Origin: Gammaproteobacteria bacterium
Lineage (GTDB): Bacteria; Pseudomonadota; Gammaproteobacteria; Poriferisulfidales; Oxydemutatoraceae
DNA: 64,000 nt
Assembly (NCBI GenBank): GCA_028817225.1
Contig: JAPPQC010000011.1
Coordinates: forward strand, 65,098-129,097
Direction of reading: 5' to 3'
Below, in pieces: positions 26,455 to 35,493 of this stretch. The position numbers and the translations under genes were made by a program. The notes under the pieces are model-generated. The model was not told the origin of the DNA. It was given only the letters and a program-made list of their open reading frames with translations, and ran no database searches. Positions within the stretch are counted from its first letter, which is position 1, and each line of letters opens with the position of its first letter.

Positions 26455-27864
26455 TCAGTCGCGCCAGTCGCGCACATCCACAAAGCGGCCCGCCACCGCC
26501 GCCGCCGCCGCCATCGCCGGGCTGACCAGGTGGGTGCGCCCGCCCTGCCCCTGGCGCCCCTCGAAGTTGCGGTTGGAGGTGGAGGCGCAGCGCTCGCCGG
26601 CGGCGAGGCGGTCTTCGTTCATGCCGAGGCACATCGAGCAGCCCGGTTCGCGCCATTCAAAACCGGCATCAATGAAAATGCGGTCAAGCCCCTCGCGCTC
26701 GGCCTGGCGCTTGACCGGGCCGGAACCCGGCACCACCAGCGCCTGGCGGATGCCGGCGGCGACGCGCCGGCCCCTGACGATGGCCGCGGCCTCGCGCAAA
26801 TCCTCGATGCGCGAGTTCGTGCACGAGCCGATGAACACCTTGTCGAGCATGATGTCGCCGATGGCCGTGCCCGGGCGCAAATCCATGTACGCCAGCGCCT
26901 TGCGCCAGCCCTCGGCCCTGACCGGGTCGCTCTCGCCGTCGGGGTCGGGCACGCGCCCGCCGACGGCGGCGACCATCTCCGGCGAAGTGCCCCAGGTCAC
27001 CTGCGGTTCGACTTCGGCGGCGTTGATCGAGACCTCGCGGTCGAACACCGCGCTGTCGTCGGAGCGGCAGTCGCGCCACGCCCGCTGCGCGCGCTCCCAC
27101 ATTTCACCGGCGGGCGCGTACGGGCGCCCGCACAGGTAGTCGCGCGTGACCTCGTCGCAGGCCACCAGCCCGGCGCGCGCGCCGGCCTCGATGGTCATGT
27201 TGCAGACGGTCATGCGGTTTTCCATCGAAAAGCCGCGAATGACATCGCCGGCGTATTCAATCGCATAGCCCGTGCCGCCGCCGGCGCCGATTTTTCCGAT
27301 GATCGCCAGCACGACATCCTTGGCGGTGACGCCGCGCGGCAGCGCGCCGTTGACGCTGATTCGCATGTTGCGAAGTTTTTTTGCCGGCAGGCACTGCGTC
27401 GCGAACACATGCTCCACTTCCGAGGTGCCGACGCCCATCGCCAGCGCCGCGAACGCGCCGTGCGTCGAGGTGTGCGAGTCGCCGCACACCAGCGTCATCC
27501 CCGGCAGCGTCGCGCCCTGCTCGGGGCCGATGACATGGACGATGCCCTGGCGCTCGTCGTCCAGCCCGTAATAGGTCAGCCCGTGCTCCCCGCAGTTGCG
27601 CGTCAGCGTGTCCAGTTGCACGCGCGCGACCGGGTCGGCGACGCCGCGCGCGCGGTTTTGCGTCGGCACATTGTGGTCGGCGACGGCGAGGATGGACGAG
27701 GCGCGCCACAACCCGCGCCCCGCCAGGCGCAGCCCCTCAAAGGCCTGCGGCGAGGTCACCTCGTGCACCAGATGGCGGTCTATGTACAGCAGCCCCATGC
27801 CGCCGTCCTCCTCGCGCACGAGGTGGTCGCGCCACAATTTGTCGTAAAGCGTCAGTCCCGGCAT
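26455..27864 (-). CDS. leuC: 3-isopropylmalate dehydratase large subunit
   Basis: [16 protein letters not shown]...Cys ligand region [14 protein letters not shown]...GSCTNSR. Confidence 0.9.
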   Translation of the reverse strand: MPGLTLYDKLWRDHLVREEDGGMGLLYIDRHLVHEVTSPQAFEGLRLAGRGLWRASSILAVADHNVPTQNRARGVADPVARVQLDTLTRNCGEHGLTYYGLDDERQGIVHVIGPEQGATLPGMTLVCGDSHTSTHGAFAALAMGVGTSEVEHVFATQCLPAKKLRNMRISVNGALPRGVTAKDVVLAIIGKIGAGGGTGYAIEYAGDVIRGFSMENRMTVCNMTIEAGARAGLVACDEVTRDYLCGRPYAPAGEMWERAQRAWRDCRSDDSAVFDREVSINAAEVEPQVTWGTSPEMVAAVGGRVPDPDGESDPVRAEGWRKALAYMDLRPGTAIGDIMLDKVFIGSCTNSRIEDLREAAAIVRGRRVAAGIRQALVVPGSGPVKRQAEREGLDRIFIDAGFEWREPGCSMCLGMNEDRLAAGERCASTSNRNFEGRQGQGGRTHLVSPAMAAAAAVAGRFVDVRDWRD

Positions 27865-27970
27865 GGCGTGATTTTAGCATTGACGGCGGCGCGTGGCAGG
27901 TGCGGCCGGCGATGACGGCGCGCGGCGGCGCATTGTCCGGTTGTCTTGACTCCGCCGCAGGCGACGCGCG

Positions 27971-28816
27971 TCATTGCGCCGGCGCGGAAAATATCCTGTT
28001 GCAGAAGTATTTCCACGGAAACCGTTGGCCGCTCAGAAAATACCACCGGTGGCCGCTGATTTCCTTTCCGGCCAGTCCGGCCGCGAAACTGACAAGCCGT
28101 ATCCACGGAACACGGCGGTGGGACAGCAGATAGGCGGCATCCGGCCGTCCTTTCCAGGCCGAGTGCATGACAATCTCATCCGACCGCTCGAAAGTGCCCT
28201 CTTCAGAGCACCGCTCAAGATATTGGTAATAGATGTCGCACCACCGACGCAGCGGTTCGGTCGCGCCGCCGAAAAAATTGCCCATGATGGCGGGGCAGGT
28301 CGAGGCATAAATCAGAATCAAGCCCACCTTGTCCCGCGACAGTGCCCGGCACACCCGCAGATTGGGCCATTCGACGCCTTCGGAAAGGCGCAGTCCGAAC
28401 CTCTCGCCCCTGAACAGGCCGACATCGCACCAGAAAAACATCTCCGAACCAAAAGGATTTTCCGACATCGCCTGCCGCAGGAAATGATGTTTCTCATGCC
28501 AAATCAAACTGCATGTGACAAAGGCTTCGGCGCGTTCCGCCGGAAACGGCAGGCGCTTCAGATTGTCCAGATACCGGTAGGCATAAAACGCCTCCGGGCG
28601 GGTGACATGGTACACCGCCGGCTTGCCTCCCCGCGCTTCCTTCAGCATGTCCAGGGACTGCTCGTCGCAGAAGATGACCAACGGCCAGCGGATAAACGGC
28701 AGCAGGTTTCTGATCCAGTCCGGATACGGGTTGCCCCACTCCGGATGGTCAATTTTCACTCCCACATTGAAATAGGCCGTCACCAGCGTCAGCGGGGATT
28801 GCCCGTGCGTTTCCAT
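27971..28816 (-). CDS. HtrL/YibB-like protein, short form, paralog 4
   Basis: METHGQSPLTLVTAYFNVG...[26 protein letters not shown]...WHEKHHFLRQAMSENPFGSEMFFWCDVGLF. An alternative ATG 24 nt upstream overlaps the previous paralog's stop (ATGA). Confidence 0.6.
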   Translation of the reverse strand: METHGQSPLTLVTAYFNVGVKIDHPEWGNPYPDWIRNLLPFIRWPLVIFCDEQSLDMLKEARGGKPAVYHVTRPEAFYAYRYLDNLKRLPFPAERAEAFVTCSLIWHEKHHFLRQAMSENPFGSEMFFWCDVGLFRGERFGLRLSEGVEWPNLRVCRALSRDKVGLILIYASTCPAIMGNFFGGATEPLRRWCDIYYQYLERCSEEGTFERSDEIVMHSAWKGRPDAAYLLSHRRVPWIRLVSFAAGLAGKEISGHRWYFLSGQRFPWKYFCNRIFSAPAQ

Positions 28817-28836
28817 TTCGTTGTCGGCAACGCGCG

Positions 28837-29700
28837 TCATTTTCCCGAACCGGAGAATATTCCCTTGCAGATGTGTTTCCACGGAAACCGCCTGCCGCTC
28901 AGGAGATACCACCGGTGGCCATACCCCTTTTTCCCGGCCAGCCTCGTCAGAAAAGCGAGGGGCCGCAGCCACGGAACAATGCCGGGGGGCAGCGGATATG
29001 CCATATCCGGGTGTTTGATGTAAAGAGATTCCATGATGCCCTCTTCCGAATAAATCATCGTCCCCTTCCGCGCGCGCCGTTCAAGATGACGGTAATACGC
29101 ATCGCACCATTCGCGCGCCGGCTTCACCGCGCCCCCGAAAAACTGGCCGGTGAAATTGGGGCGGTCAAAATTCCCGTACGGCAGCAGAACCGCCCTGTCC
29201 TGCGGCAACTCCCTGCATATCCGGAGATTGGGCCATTCGGCATCCCCGCAAAAGCGCAATTCCATCCTGACGGCGGAACGCCAGGGCGCGTCCCGCCTGA
29301 ATCTGAACATGCCGATATCGCACCAGAAAAGCATTTCCGAATTAAACGGGTTTTCCGACAGCGCGCGCCGCAGAAAATTGTGTTTCTCGTGCCAAACCAG
29401 GGAAACTTCGGCGGAAAGCCCTGCGTAGGGTTTCTTCAAATCCTTCAGCAGGTTCCAGTACTTGTAAACAACAAAATCTTCCGGGCGGGTGACATGCCAA
29501 ACCGCCGGCTTGTCGCCCCTCGCCTCCTTCAGCATGTCCACGGACTGCTCGTCGCAGAAAATCACCAGCGGCCACTTGATATACGGCAGGAAGTTTCTGC
29601 TCCAGTCCGGATACGGGTTTCCGGTGTATTTCACCTGTTTGCGGCCCAGATTGAAACAGGCCGTCACCAGCGTGATCGGATGCTGTCCGGTTGTTTCCAT
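28837..29700 (-). CDS. HtrL/YibB-like protein, short form, paralog 5
   Basis: METTGQHPITLVTACFNLG... Same family as the neighbours. Confidence 0.6.
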   Translation of the reverse strand: METTGQHPITLVTACFNLGRKQVKYTGNPYPDWSRNFLPYIKWPLVIFCDEQSVDMLKEARGDKPAVWHVTRPEDFVVYKYWNLLKDLKKPYAGLSAEVSLVWHEKHNFLRRALSENPFNSEMLFWCDIGMFRFRRDAPWRSAVRMELRFCGDAEWPNLRICRELPQDRAVLLPYGNFDRPNFTGQFFGGAVKPAREWCDAYYRHLERRARKGTMIYSEEGIMESLYIKHPDMAYPLPPGIVPWLRPLAFLTRLAGKKGYGHRWYLLSGRRFPWKHICKGIFSGSGK

Positions 29701-29720
29701 CCCGTTGCCGGCAGCGCGCG

Positions 29721-30587
29721 TCATCGCGCCGGCGCGGAAAAGAGCCTGCTGCAAAAGTATTTCAACGGAAACCGCCTGCCGTTCAGGAGATAGTATTTGT
29801 AACCCATCACTGCATTTCTTCGCCGAAGGCAAGCAATATACGGAACACTGTCAAGCGGCATCGTATATGCGAGTTCCGGCTTTCTCCTCCAGCAGGACAT
29901 CATGACGAACTCTTCTCTATAGACAAAATTCCCATTCTGCTTGCATTTTTCAAGACACCGGTAATAAGCGTCGCACCACCGGCGCGAAGGCTCAATCGCG
30001 CCCCCGAAAAACTGGGCATTGATACGACTAAGGTCCGCGTTTGCCAAAATCACTTTATCTTGCGGCAACGCACGGCACACCCCAAGATTGGGCCATTCGA
30101 TGTCTTCAAACAGGCGAAATGTCATCCGCGGCCCCTCAATCATGGGCGCATCAGGATTGTACCTGAACTGGCCGATATCGCACCAGAAAAGCATCTCCGA
30201 ACCGAAAGGGTTCTCCAACAGCGCCTGCCGCAGAAAATGATGTTTCTCATGCCAGATTAAACTGCGTGCAACAAAAACCTCGCGTGTAATGGGGGCTTCG
30301 CCATAGAGCGTGCAACATGGCAGGCGCTTCAGGTCATCCAGATACCTGTATGTATAAAACTCCTCCGGACGGGTGACGCGCCAAACCGCCGGCTTGTCCC
30401 CTCTCGCCTCTTTGAGCATGTCCAGCGATTGCTCGTCGCAGAACACCACCAGCGGCCACCGGACATGCGGCAGGAAGTTCCTGATCCAGCCCGGATACGG
30501 ATTTTCCAACTCCGGATGTTCGGGTTTCCCTCCCAATTCAAAATAAGCCGTCACCAGCGTTATCGGGTGCCGCTCCGCTGTCTCCAT
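29721..30587 (-). CDS. HtrL/YibB-like protein, short form, paralog 6
   Basis: METAERHPITLVTAYFELGGKPEHPELENPYPGWIRNFLP... Confidence 0.6.
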   Translation of the reverse strand: METAERHPITLVTAYFELGGKPEHPELENPYPGWIRNFLPHVRWPLVVFCDEQSLDMLKEARGDKPAVWRVTRPEEFYTYRYLDDLKRLPCCTLYGEAPITREVFVARSLIWHEKHHFLRQALLENPFGSEMLFWCDIGQFRYNPDAPMIEGPRMTFRLFEDIEWPNLGVCRALPQDKVILANADLSRINAQFFGGAIEPSRRWCDAYYRCLEKCKQNGNFVYREEFVMMSCWRRKPELAYTMPLDSVPYIACLRRRNAVMGYKYYLLNGRRFPLKYFCSRLFSAPAR

Positions 30588-30607
30588 CCCGCTGTCGGCG
30601 GCGCGCA

Positions 30608-31456
30608 TCATCGCACCGGCCCGGAAATGAGCCTTCTGCAAAAGTACCGCCACGGCAACCGCCTGCCGTTCAGGAGATACCACTCGAAATCCAGTGCAGG
30701 CCTTTGCTTTTTAAGGAAAACAGTATATGGAGCGGAATAAGACGAAATCACATGCGCGAGTTCAGGTTGCCTCCTCCAGCAGGACATCATGACGTACTCT
30801 TCTCTCTCGGTAAGACTTCCATTCTGCTTTCGTCGTTCAAGACGTTGGTAATAAGCGTCGCACCACCGGCGCGAAGGCTCAATCGCGCCTCCGAAAAAGC
30901 AGCCAGCCATGGCATCGTAAGGCGCCCCGGCTAAAACCACTTTATCTTTCGGCAATGCCCGACACACTTCGAGATTGGGCCATTCGATATCTTCAAACAG
31001 GCGAAATGCCCTCCGCCGAGACGACCACCAGGGGGCGTCCGGCTCGTATCTGAGCTTAGCGATATCGTACCAGAAAAACATCTCCGAACCAAAAGGGTTC
31101 TCCGACAGCGTCTGCCGCAGAAAATGATGCTTTTCATGCCAGACCAAACTGCGAACAACGAAGGCTTCGGCACGTTCCGCAGGAAATGACAGGCGCTTCA
31201 GATCTTCCAGATACTTGTACACATAAAAATCTTCCGGGCGAGTGACATGCCAAACCGCCGGCTTGTCCCCTCTCGCCTCTTTGAGCATGTCCAGCGATTG
31301 CTCGTCGCAGAACACCACCAGCGGCCACCGGACATGCGGCAGGAAGTTCCTGATCCAGCCCGGATACGGATTTTCCAACTCCGGATGTTCGGGTTTCCCT
31401 CCCAATTCAAAATAAGCCGTCACCAGCGTTATCGGGTGCCGCTCCGCTGTCTCCAT
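30608..31456 (-). CDS. HtrL/YibB-like protein, short form, paralog 7
   Basis: METAERHPITLVTAYFELGG... Unusual FWYDIAKL where the others have FWCDIG. Confidence 0.55.
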   Translation of the reverse strand: METAERHPITLVTAYFELGGKPEHPELENPYPGWIRNFLPHVRWPLVVFCDEQSLDMLKEARGDKPAVWHVTRPEDFYVYKYLEDLKRLSFPAERAEAFVVRSLVWHEKHHFLRQTLSENPFGSEMFFWYDIAKLRYEPDAPWWSSRRRAFRLFEDIEWPNLEVCRALPKDKVVLAGAPYDAMAGCFFGGAIEPSRRWCDAYYQRLERRKQNGSLTEREEYVMMSCWRRQPELAHVISSYSAPYTVFLKKQRPALDFEWYLLNGRRLPWRYFCRRLISGPVR

Positions 31457-31476
31457 CCCGCTGTCGGCGGCGCGCA

Positions 31477-32355
31477 TCATCGCACCGGTCCGGAAAAGAT
31501 TCTTCTGCAAAGGTAGCGCCACGGAAACCGCCTGCCGTTCAGGAGATACCATTTGTAAGCCATGGCACGGCTTCCCCCTATAAGCAAACCAATATACGGA
31601 ACAGAATGAGCCGATATCACATGCACGAGTTGCCGTCGTCTCCTCCAACAGGATAGCATGACGTGCTCTTCCGAAGAGGTAAAAACCCCGTTCTGCTTTC
31701 GTTTTCCAAGGCGCCGGTAATAAGCGTCGCACCATCGGCGCGAAGGCTCAACCGCACCCCCAAACCAGGCGCCGGCAGGACGCGCTTTATCGTCGCGACA
31801 CCTCCCTGCCAAAACTACTTTATCTTGTGGCAACATACGACACACCTCAAGATTTGGCCATTCGATATCCTCAAGCAGGCGAAATCTCATCCGCCGGGCC
31901 GTCCACCAGGACGCATCCGGCTCCAATCTGAAAACACCGATATCGCACCAGAACAGCATCTCCGAACCAAAAGGATTTTCTGACAGCGCCTGCCGCAGAA
32001 AATGATGTTTTTCATGCCAAACCAGACTGCGTGTAATGCAGACTTCGGCATGTTCTTCGGGAAATGACAGGCGCTTCAAGTCGTCCAGATACCTGTAGGT
32101 ATAAAAGTCCTCCAGGCGGGTGACGCGCCAAACCGCCGGCTTGTCCCCTCTCGCCTCTTTGAGCATGCCCAGCGATTGCTCGTCGCAGAATACCACCAGC
32201 GGCCACCGGACAAGCGGCAAAAAGTTCCTGATCCAGCCCGGATACGGATTTTCCAACTCCGGATGTTCGGGTTTCCCTCCCAATTCAAAATAAGCCGTCA
32301 CCAGCGTCAGCGGGTATTGGCCGTGCGCCCCCTTCCCGCTGCTTGCGGCATGCAT
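31477..32355 (-). CDS. HtrL/YibB-like protein, short form, paralog 8
   Basis: MHAASSGKGAHGQYPLTLVTAYFELGG... ATG overlaps the stop of paralog 9 (TGATG). Confidence 0.55.
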   Translation of the reverse strand: MHAASSGKGAHGQYPLTLVTAYFELGGKPEHPELENPYPGWIRNFLPLVRWPLVVFCDEQSLGMLKEARGDKPAVWRVTRLEDFYTYRYLDDLKRLSFPEEHAEVCITRSLVWHEKHHFLRQALSENPFGSEMLFWCDIGVFRLEPDASWWTARRMRFRLLEDIEWPNLEVCRMLPQDKVVLAGRCRDDKARPAGAWFGGAVEPSRRWCDAYYRRLGKRKQNGVFTSSEEHVMLSCWRRRRQLVHVISAHSVPYIGLLIGGSRAMAYKWYLLNGRRFPWRYLCRRIFSGPVR

Positions 32356-33248
32356 CACCGCCCCGGCCCGGGAAGGAGGCATTTGAGACAATATTTCCAC
32401 GGAAACCGTTCACCGGACAGAAGATACCAACCAGCACTGCTGCCATCGTAAGGCTTTCCGGCAGGCCTCCCTGTCAACAGTCTGTACAAAAACCTGCCGC
32501 GACGTCTCCATGCAATACCGGAAGACAGCAGGTACGCAATCTCCGGTTGTCTCATGTAGAGCAGACACATGGCAACCTGATCAATATAGGGAACCTTTCC
32601 ATCTTGCCAGGCTTTGTCAAGAAATTGGCGGTAAGCGTCACACCATCTGCGTGTCGGCTTCAACGCACCCCCGAAAAAACCGCCGCCGATTTGAACAGAC
32701 CCGATGCGGGAACCAGCGTCAGGAACGAGAAACACCCTGTCTTGCGGCAACATCCGGCATATCCGGAGATTGGGCCATTCGACATCTTCAGACAATTGAA
32801 TATGCCTTCCGACTTGCTTCAGGCGCGACTTCGGCCTGAATCTGAAAAGACCGATATCACACCAGAAAAACATCTCCGAGTTGAAAGGGTTCTCCGACAG
32901 CGCCTGCAGCAGAAAATGGTGTTTCTCGTGCCAGACCAGGGCAAGTTCGGGATGAGGTATCCGGTAAGGTCTCCGCCGGGCTTTCAGATGATTCATATAC
33001 TTGTGTACAGAAAATTCTTCCAGTGAGGTGACATGCCAAACCGCCGGCTTGTCGCCTCTCGCCTCTTTGAGCATGCCCAGGGACTGCTCGTCGCAGAAGA
33101 CCACCAGCGGCCACCGGACATGCGGCAAAAAATTCCTGATCCAGCCTGGATAGGGGTTGCCCAAATGCTGGTACCGGGTTTTCCCTCCCAGATCAAAATA
33201 AGCCGTCACCAGCGTTATCGGGTACTGCCGAGGGGGGCATCTCATCAC
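32355..33248 (-). CDS. HtrL/YibB-like protein, short form, paralog 9 (first in array)
   Basis: MMRCPPRQYPITLVTAYFDLGGK... Starts 12–15 nt after the stop of the small upstream ORF. Confidence 0.6.
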   Translation of the reverse strand: MMRCPPRQYPITLVTAYFDLGGKTRYQHLGNPYPGWIRNFLPHVRWPLVVFCDEQSLGMLKEARGDKPAVWHVTSLEEFSVHKYMNHLKARRRPYRIPHPELALVWHEKHHFLLQALSENPFNSEMFFWCDIGLFRFRPKSRLKQVGRHIQLSEDVEWPNLRICRMLPQDRVFLVPDAGSRIGSVQIGGGFFGGALKPTRRWCDAYRQFLDKAWQDGKVPYIDQVAMCLLYMRQPEIAYLLSSGIAWRRRGRFLYRLLTGRPAGKPYDGSSAGWYLLSGERFPWKYCLKCLLPGPGR

Positions 33249-33260
33249 ATGCGGCGCCCA

Positions 33261-33479
33261 TCAATGCGCGTCAGGATTGTAAAAAGCCGCCGTAGTATGC
33301 TTCTTCTTCGCCCAGAAGGTCATATCCGGATGCTCGGCGTGCAGTTCCTCGACGCGCTTGCGGGCCTCGCCCCAGGTCATCTCGTCGTCGTACTCGCCGG
33401 CCTCGAACTTGTACTTGTATCTCCAGCCGATGACAAAACCCGGCTCGTCGTCCTTGTGGTGAAAAGTGTCTTCCATCAT
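33261..33479 (-). CDS. hypothetical small charged protein (72 aa) leading the HtrL-like array
   Basis: GGAGAGAGG SD 2 nt before the ATG. MMEDTFHHKDDEPGFVIGWRYKYKFEAGEYDDEMTWGEARKRVEELHAEHPDMTFWAKKKH. GC3-rich codons. Confidence 0.5.
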   Translation of the reverse strand: MMEDTFHHKDDEPGFVIGWRYKYKFEAGEYDDEMTWGEARKRVEELHAEHPDMTFWAKKKHTTAAFYNPDAH

Positions 33480-33493
33480 TGCCTCTCTCCGTG

Positions 33494-34594
33494 TCAGCGC
33501 GCCGCCAGCGCGCCCGGCTCAAACGCCATCAGCACCCGTTTCAGCAGTTGCTGCGCCAGCGCGTACGGCACCGCGGCGCCGTTGTCGTTCGGGTGCACCG
33601 TCACCAGCGTCTGCCCGCCCTTCGCCAGCAGGTGCAGTTGCAGCAGTCGCCCGCGCGCGGCGGCGCCGTCTATGCCGGCGCCGCCGGCGTCGTTGTAGCG
33701 CACCAGGTAAATGCCGCGGCTGCGGTCGTCGGCGCGCATCTCAATGCCGGAACGCCCGAGCGCCGCGCCGATGTGCCGCCACGCCTTGCTGTAACGCTGG
33801 CCGACCCGCAGCACCGCAACCCCGGCCATGTTGCGGATGTCCAGCGCAATCCGCGCGTCGTCAAGCGACGCCATGCGCGGGCTGGCCGCCTCGCGCCCGG
33901 CCGCAAGGTAATCGCGGAAACGCAGCAGCATGCGCCGCTCAAATTCCATGTCCGGCGGCAGGATGCGCCATTCGCCGCCGCTCAGGGCGGCCTCGCGCGA
34001 TGAAATAAACACATTGGTAACCGCGTCCGGCTCGCGCTCAAGACGCACGCGAACGCGCACGCGCGAACGCGCCAGCCCGCGCGCGCCGGCAACCTCAACG
34101 CGGCGCTCGCGCCATTCGGTCTCGGCGTAGCCGTGCGCCGGATTGCTCGCGGCCACCTTGAAGCCGCTGCGCCGTAAAAACGCCGGCACCTGCGGCCACA
34201 GCGTCGCCGGGCTGACATCCACCGCAAGCCACGCGACGCCGCCGTCGCGCCGCAGTTGCAGGTCAAGCCGCTCCGGCAGCACGCGGCTGTTCAGCGCCGC
34301 GTCGGCGGCGGCGCTGACGCGGCCCCTGCCGCCCGGCACCTGAAGGCTGTTGCCGGTGTCCGGCGCGTCGAGTTCGGGCGGCACTTCCAGCGGGTCGTTG
34401 TCGCCGCTCATGAAGACTTCGGAGCCGAAAGTCGGCAGTTCCAGTTGGTCAAGCAGCGATGTGCCGTCGTTCGTGGTTGAACAACCCGCAAGCCACAGGC
34501 AAACAACGGCGGCAACCGGCCACCGCGCGGCGCTCATTGCACCCCGCCGCAGAAATCCGCCGACGGCAACACCCAACCTCCGCACAGCACTCAT
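33494..34594 (-). CDS. bamC: outer membrane protein assembly factor BamC (lipoprotein)
   Basis: Lipobox VVCLWLAGCSTT. Position directly after dapA, as for E. coli nlpB/bamC. Start ATG overlaps the dapA stop (ATGA); exact start uncertain. Confidence 0.65.
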   Translation of the reverse strand: MSAVRRLGVAVGGFLRRGAMSAARWPVAAVVCLWLAGCSTTNDGTSLLDQLELPTFGSEVFMSGDNDPLEVPPELDAPDTGNSLQVPGGRGRVSAAADAALNSRVLPERLDLQLRRDGGVAWLAVDVSPATLWPQVPAFLRRSGFKVAASNPAHGYAETEWRERRVEVAGARGLARSRVRVRVRLEREPDAVTNVFISSREAALSGGEWRILPPDMEFERRMLLRFRDYLAAGREAASPRMASLDDARIALDIRNMAGVAVLRVGQRYSKAWRHIGAALGRSGIEMRADDRSRGIYLVRYNDAGGAGIDGAAARGRLLQLHLLAKGGQTLVTVHPNDNGAAVPYALAQQLLKRVLMAFEPGALAAR

Positions 34595-35469
34595 TGCACC
34601 ACCCCGGCGCGGCGCATGGCCGCGTGCACTTCGTCGTGAAAGTCCGCCGCCAGCGGCGTCAGCGGCAGCCGGATGCCCGGCGGTATCCGGTTCATCCGGT
34701 GCAGCGCCCACTTGACCGGAATCGGGTTGGACTCAAGAAACAGCGCCTGGTGCAGGCCGTGCAGCCGCCCGTCCATCTCCTCGGCGCGCGCGCGGTCGCC
34801 GGCCAGCGCCGCCTTGCACATCTCGTGCATCTGCGCCGGCGCGACATTGGCGGTGACTGAAATCACGCCGCGCGCGCCGCGCAGGATGGTCTCGGCGGCG
34901 GCGTGATCCTCGCCGCTGTACACCGCAAAATCCTTTCCGCAAAGTTGCATGATGTCGTTGCTGCGTTCAATTGAACCGGTGGCCTCCTTGATGCCGACAA
35001 TGCCGGGCACCCGGCTGAGGCGCTGGACGGTGGCCGGCAGCATGTCGCAGGCCGTCCGCCCCGGCACATTATAAAGAATTTGCGGAATCTCCGCCGATTC
35101 GGCAATCAACTTGTGGTGCCGGTACAGCCCCTCCTGCGTCGGCTTGTTGTAATACGGCGTCACCAGCAGGCAGGCGTCGGCGCCGCTTTCCTGCGCGCCG
35201 CGCGTCAGTTCCAGCGCCTCGCGCGTTGAATTGGCGCCGGTGCCGGCGATGACCGGAATGCGCCCGCGCACCTGGCCGACCGCAAAGCGGATGACCTCGC
35301 GGTGCTCGTCGAAATCCAGCGTCGCCGACTCGCCGGTGGTGCCCGCCGCGACCAGCGCGTCGGTGCCCTCGCCAATGTGAAACTCAATCAAGTCGGCGAA
35401 CGCGCGGTAGTCAATCGCGCCGTCCTCCCGCATCGGCGTAACCACCGCCACCATGCTGCCCTGAAACAT
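34591..35469 (-). CDS. dapA: 4-hydroxy-tetrahydrodipicolinate synthase
   Basis: MFQGSMVAVVTPMREDGAIDY...GTTGESATL...catalytic-Lys region IVGIKEATG. Confidence 0.9.
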   Translation of the reverse strand: MFQGSMVAVVTPMREDGAIDYRAFADLIEFHIGEGTDALVAAGTTGESATLDFDEHREVIRFAVGQVRGRIPVIAGTGANSTREALELTRGAQESGADACLLVTPYYNKPTQEGLYRHHKLIAESAEIPQILYNVPGRTACDMLPATVQRLSRVPGIVGIKEATGSIERSNDIMQLCGKDFAVYSGEDHAAAETILRGARGVISVTANVAPAQMHEMCKAALAGDRARAEEMDGRLHGLHQALFLESNPIPVKWALHRMNRIPPGIRLPLTPLAADFHDEVHAAMRRAGVVQ

Positions 35470-35493
35470 CATCCGCAACCGCACCGCGCGGCG

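Noticed and set aside
27971-31735. Long N-terminal extensions of paralogs 4–7 (…SPERQAVSVEILLQQALFRAGAMTRAA…) that look conserved at protein level
   Set aside because: They are the alternative frame of the upstream paralog's conserved C-terminus, so the conservation is inherited. Family members in the other sub-cluster and HtrL-type homologues start just before the (I/L)TLVTAYF block.
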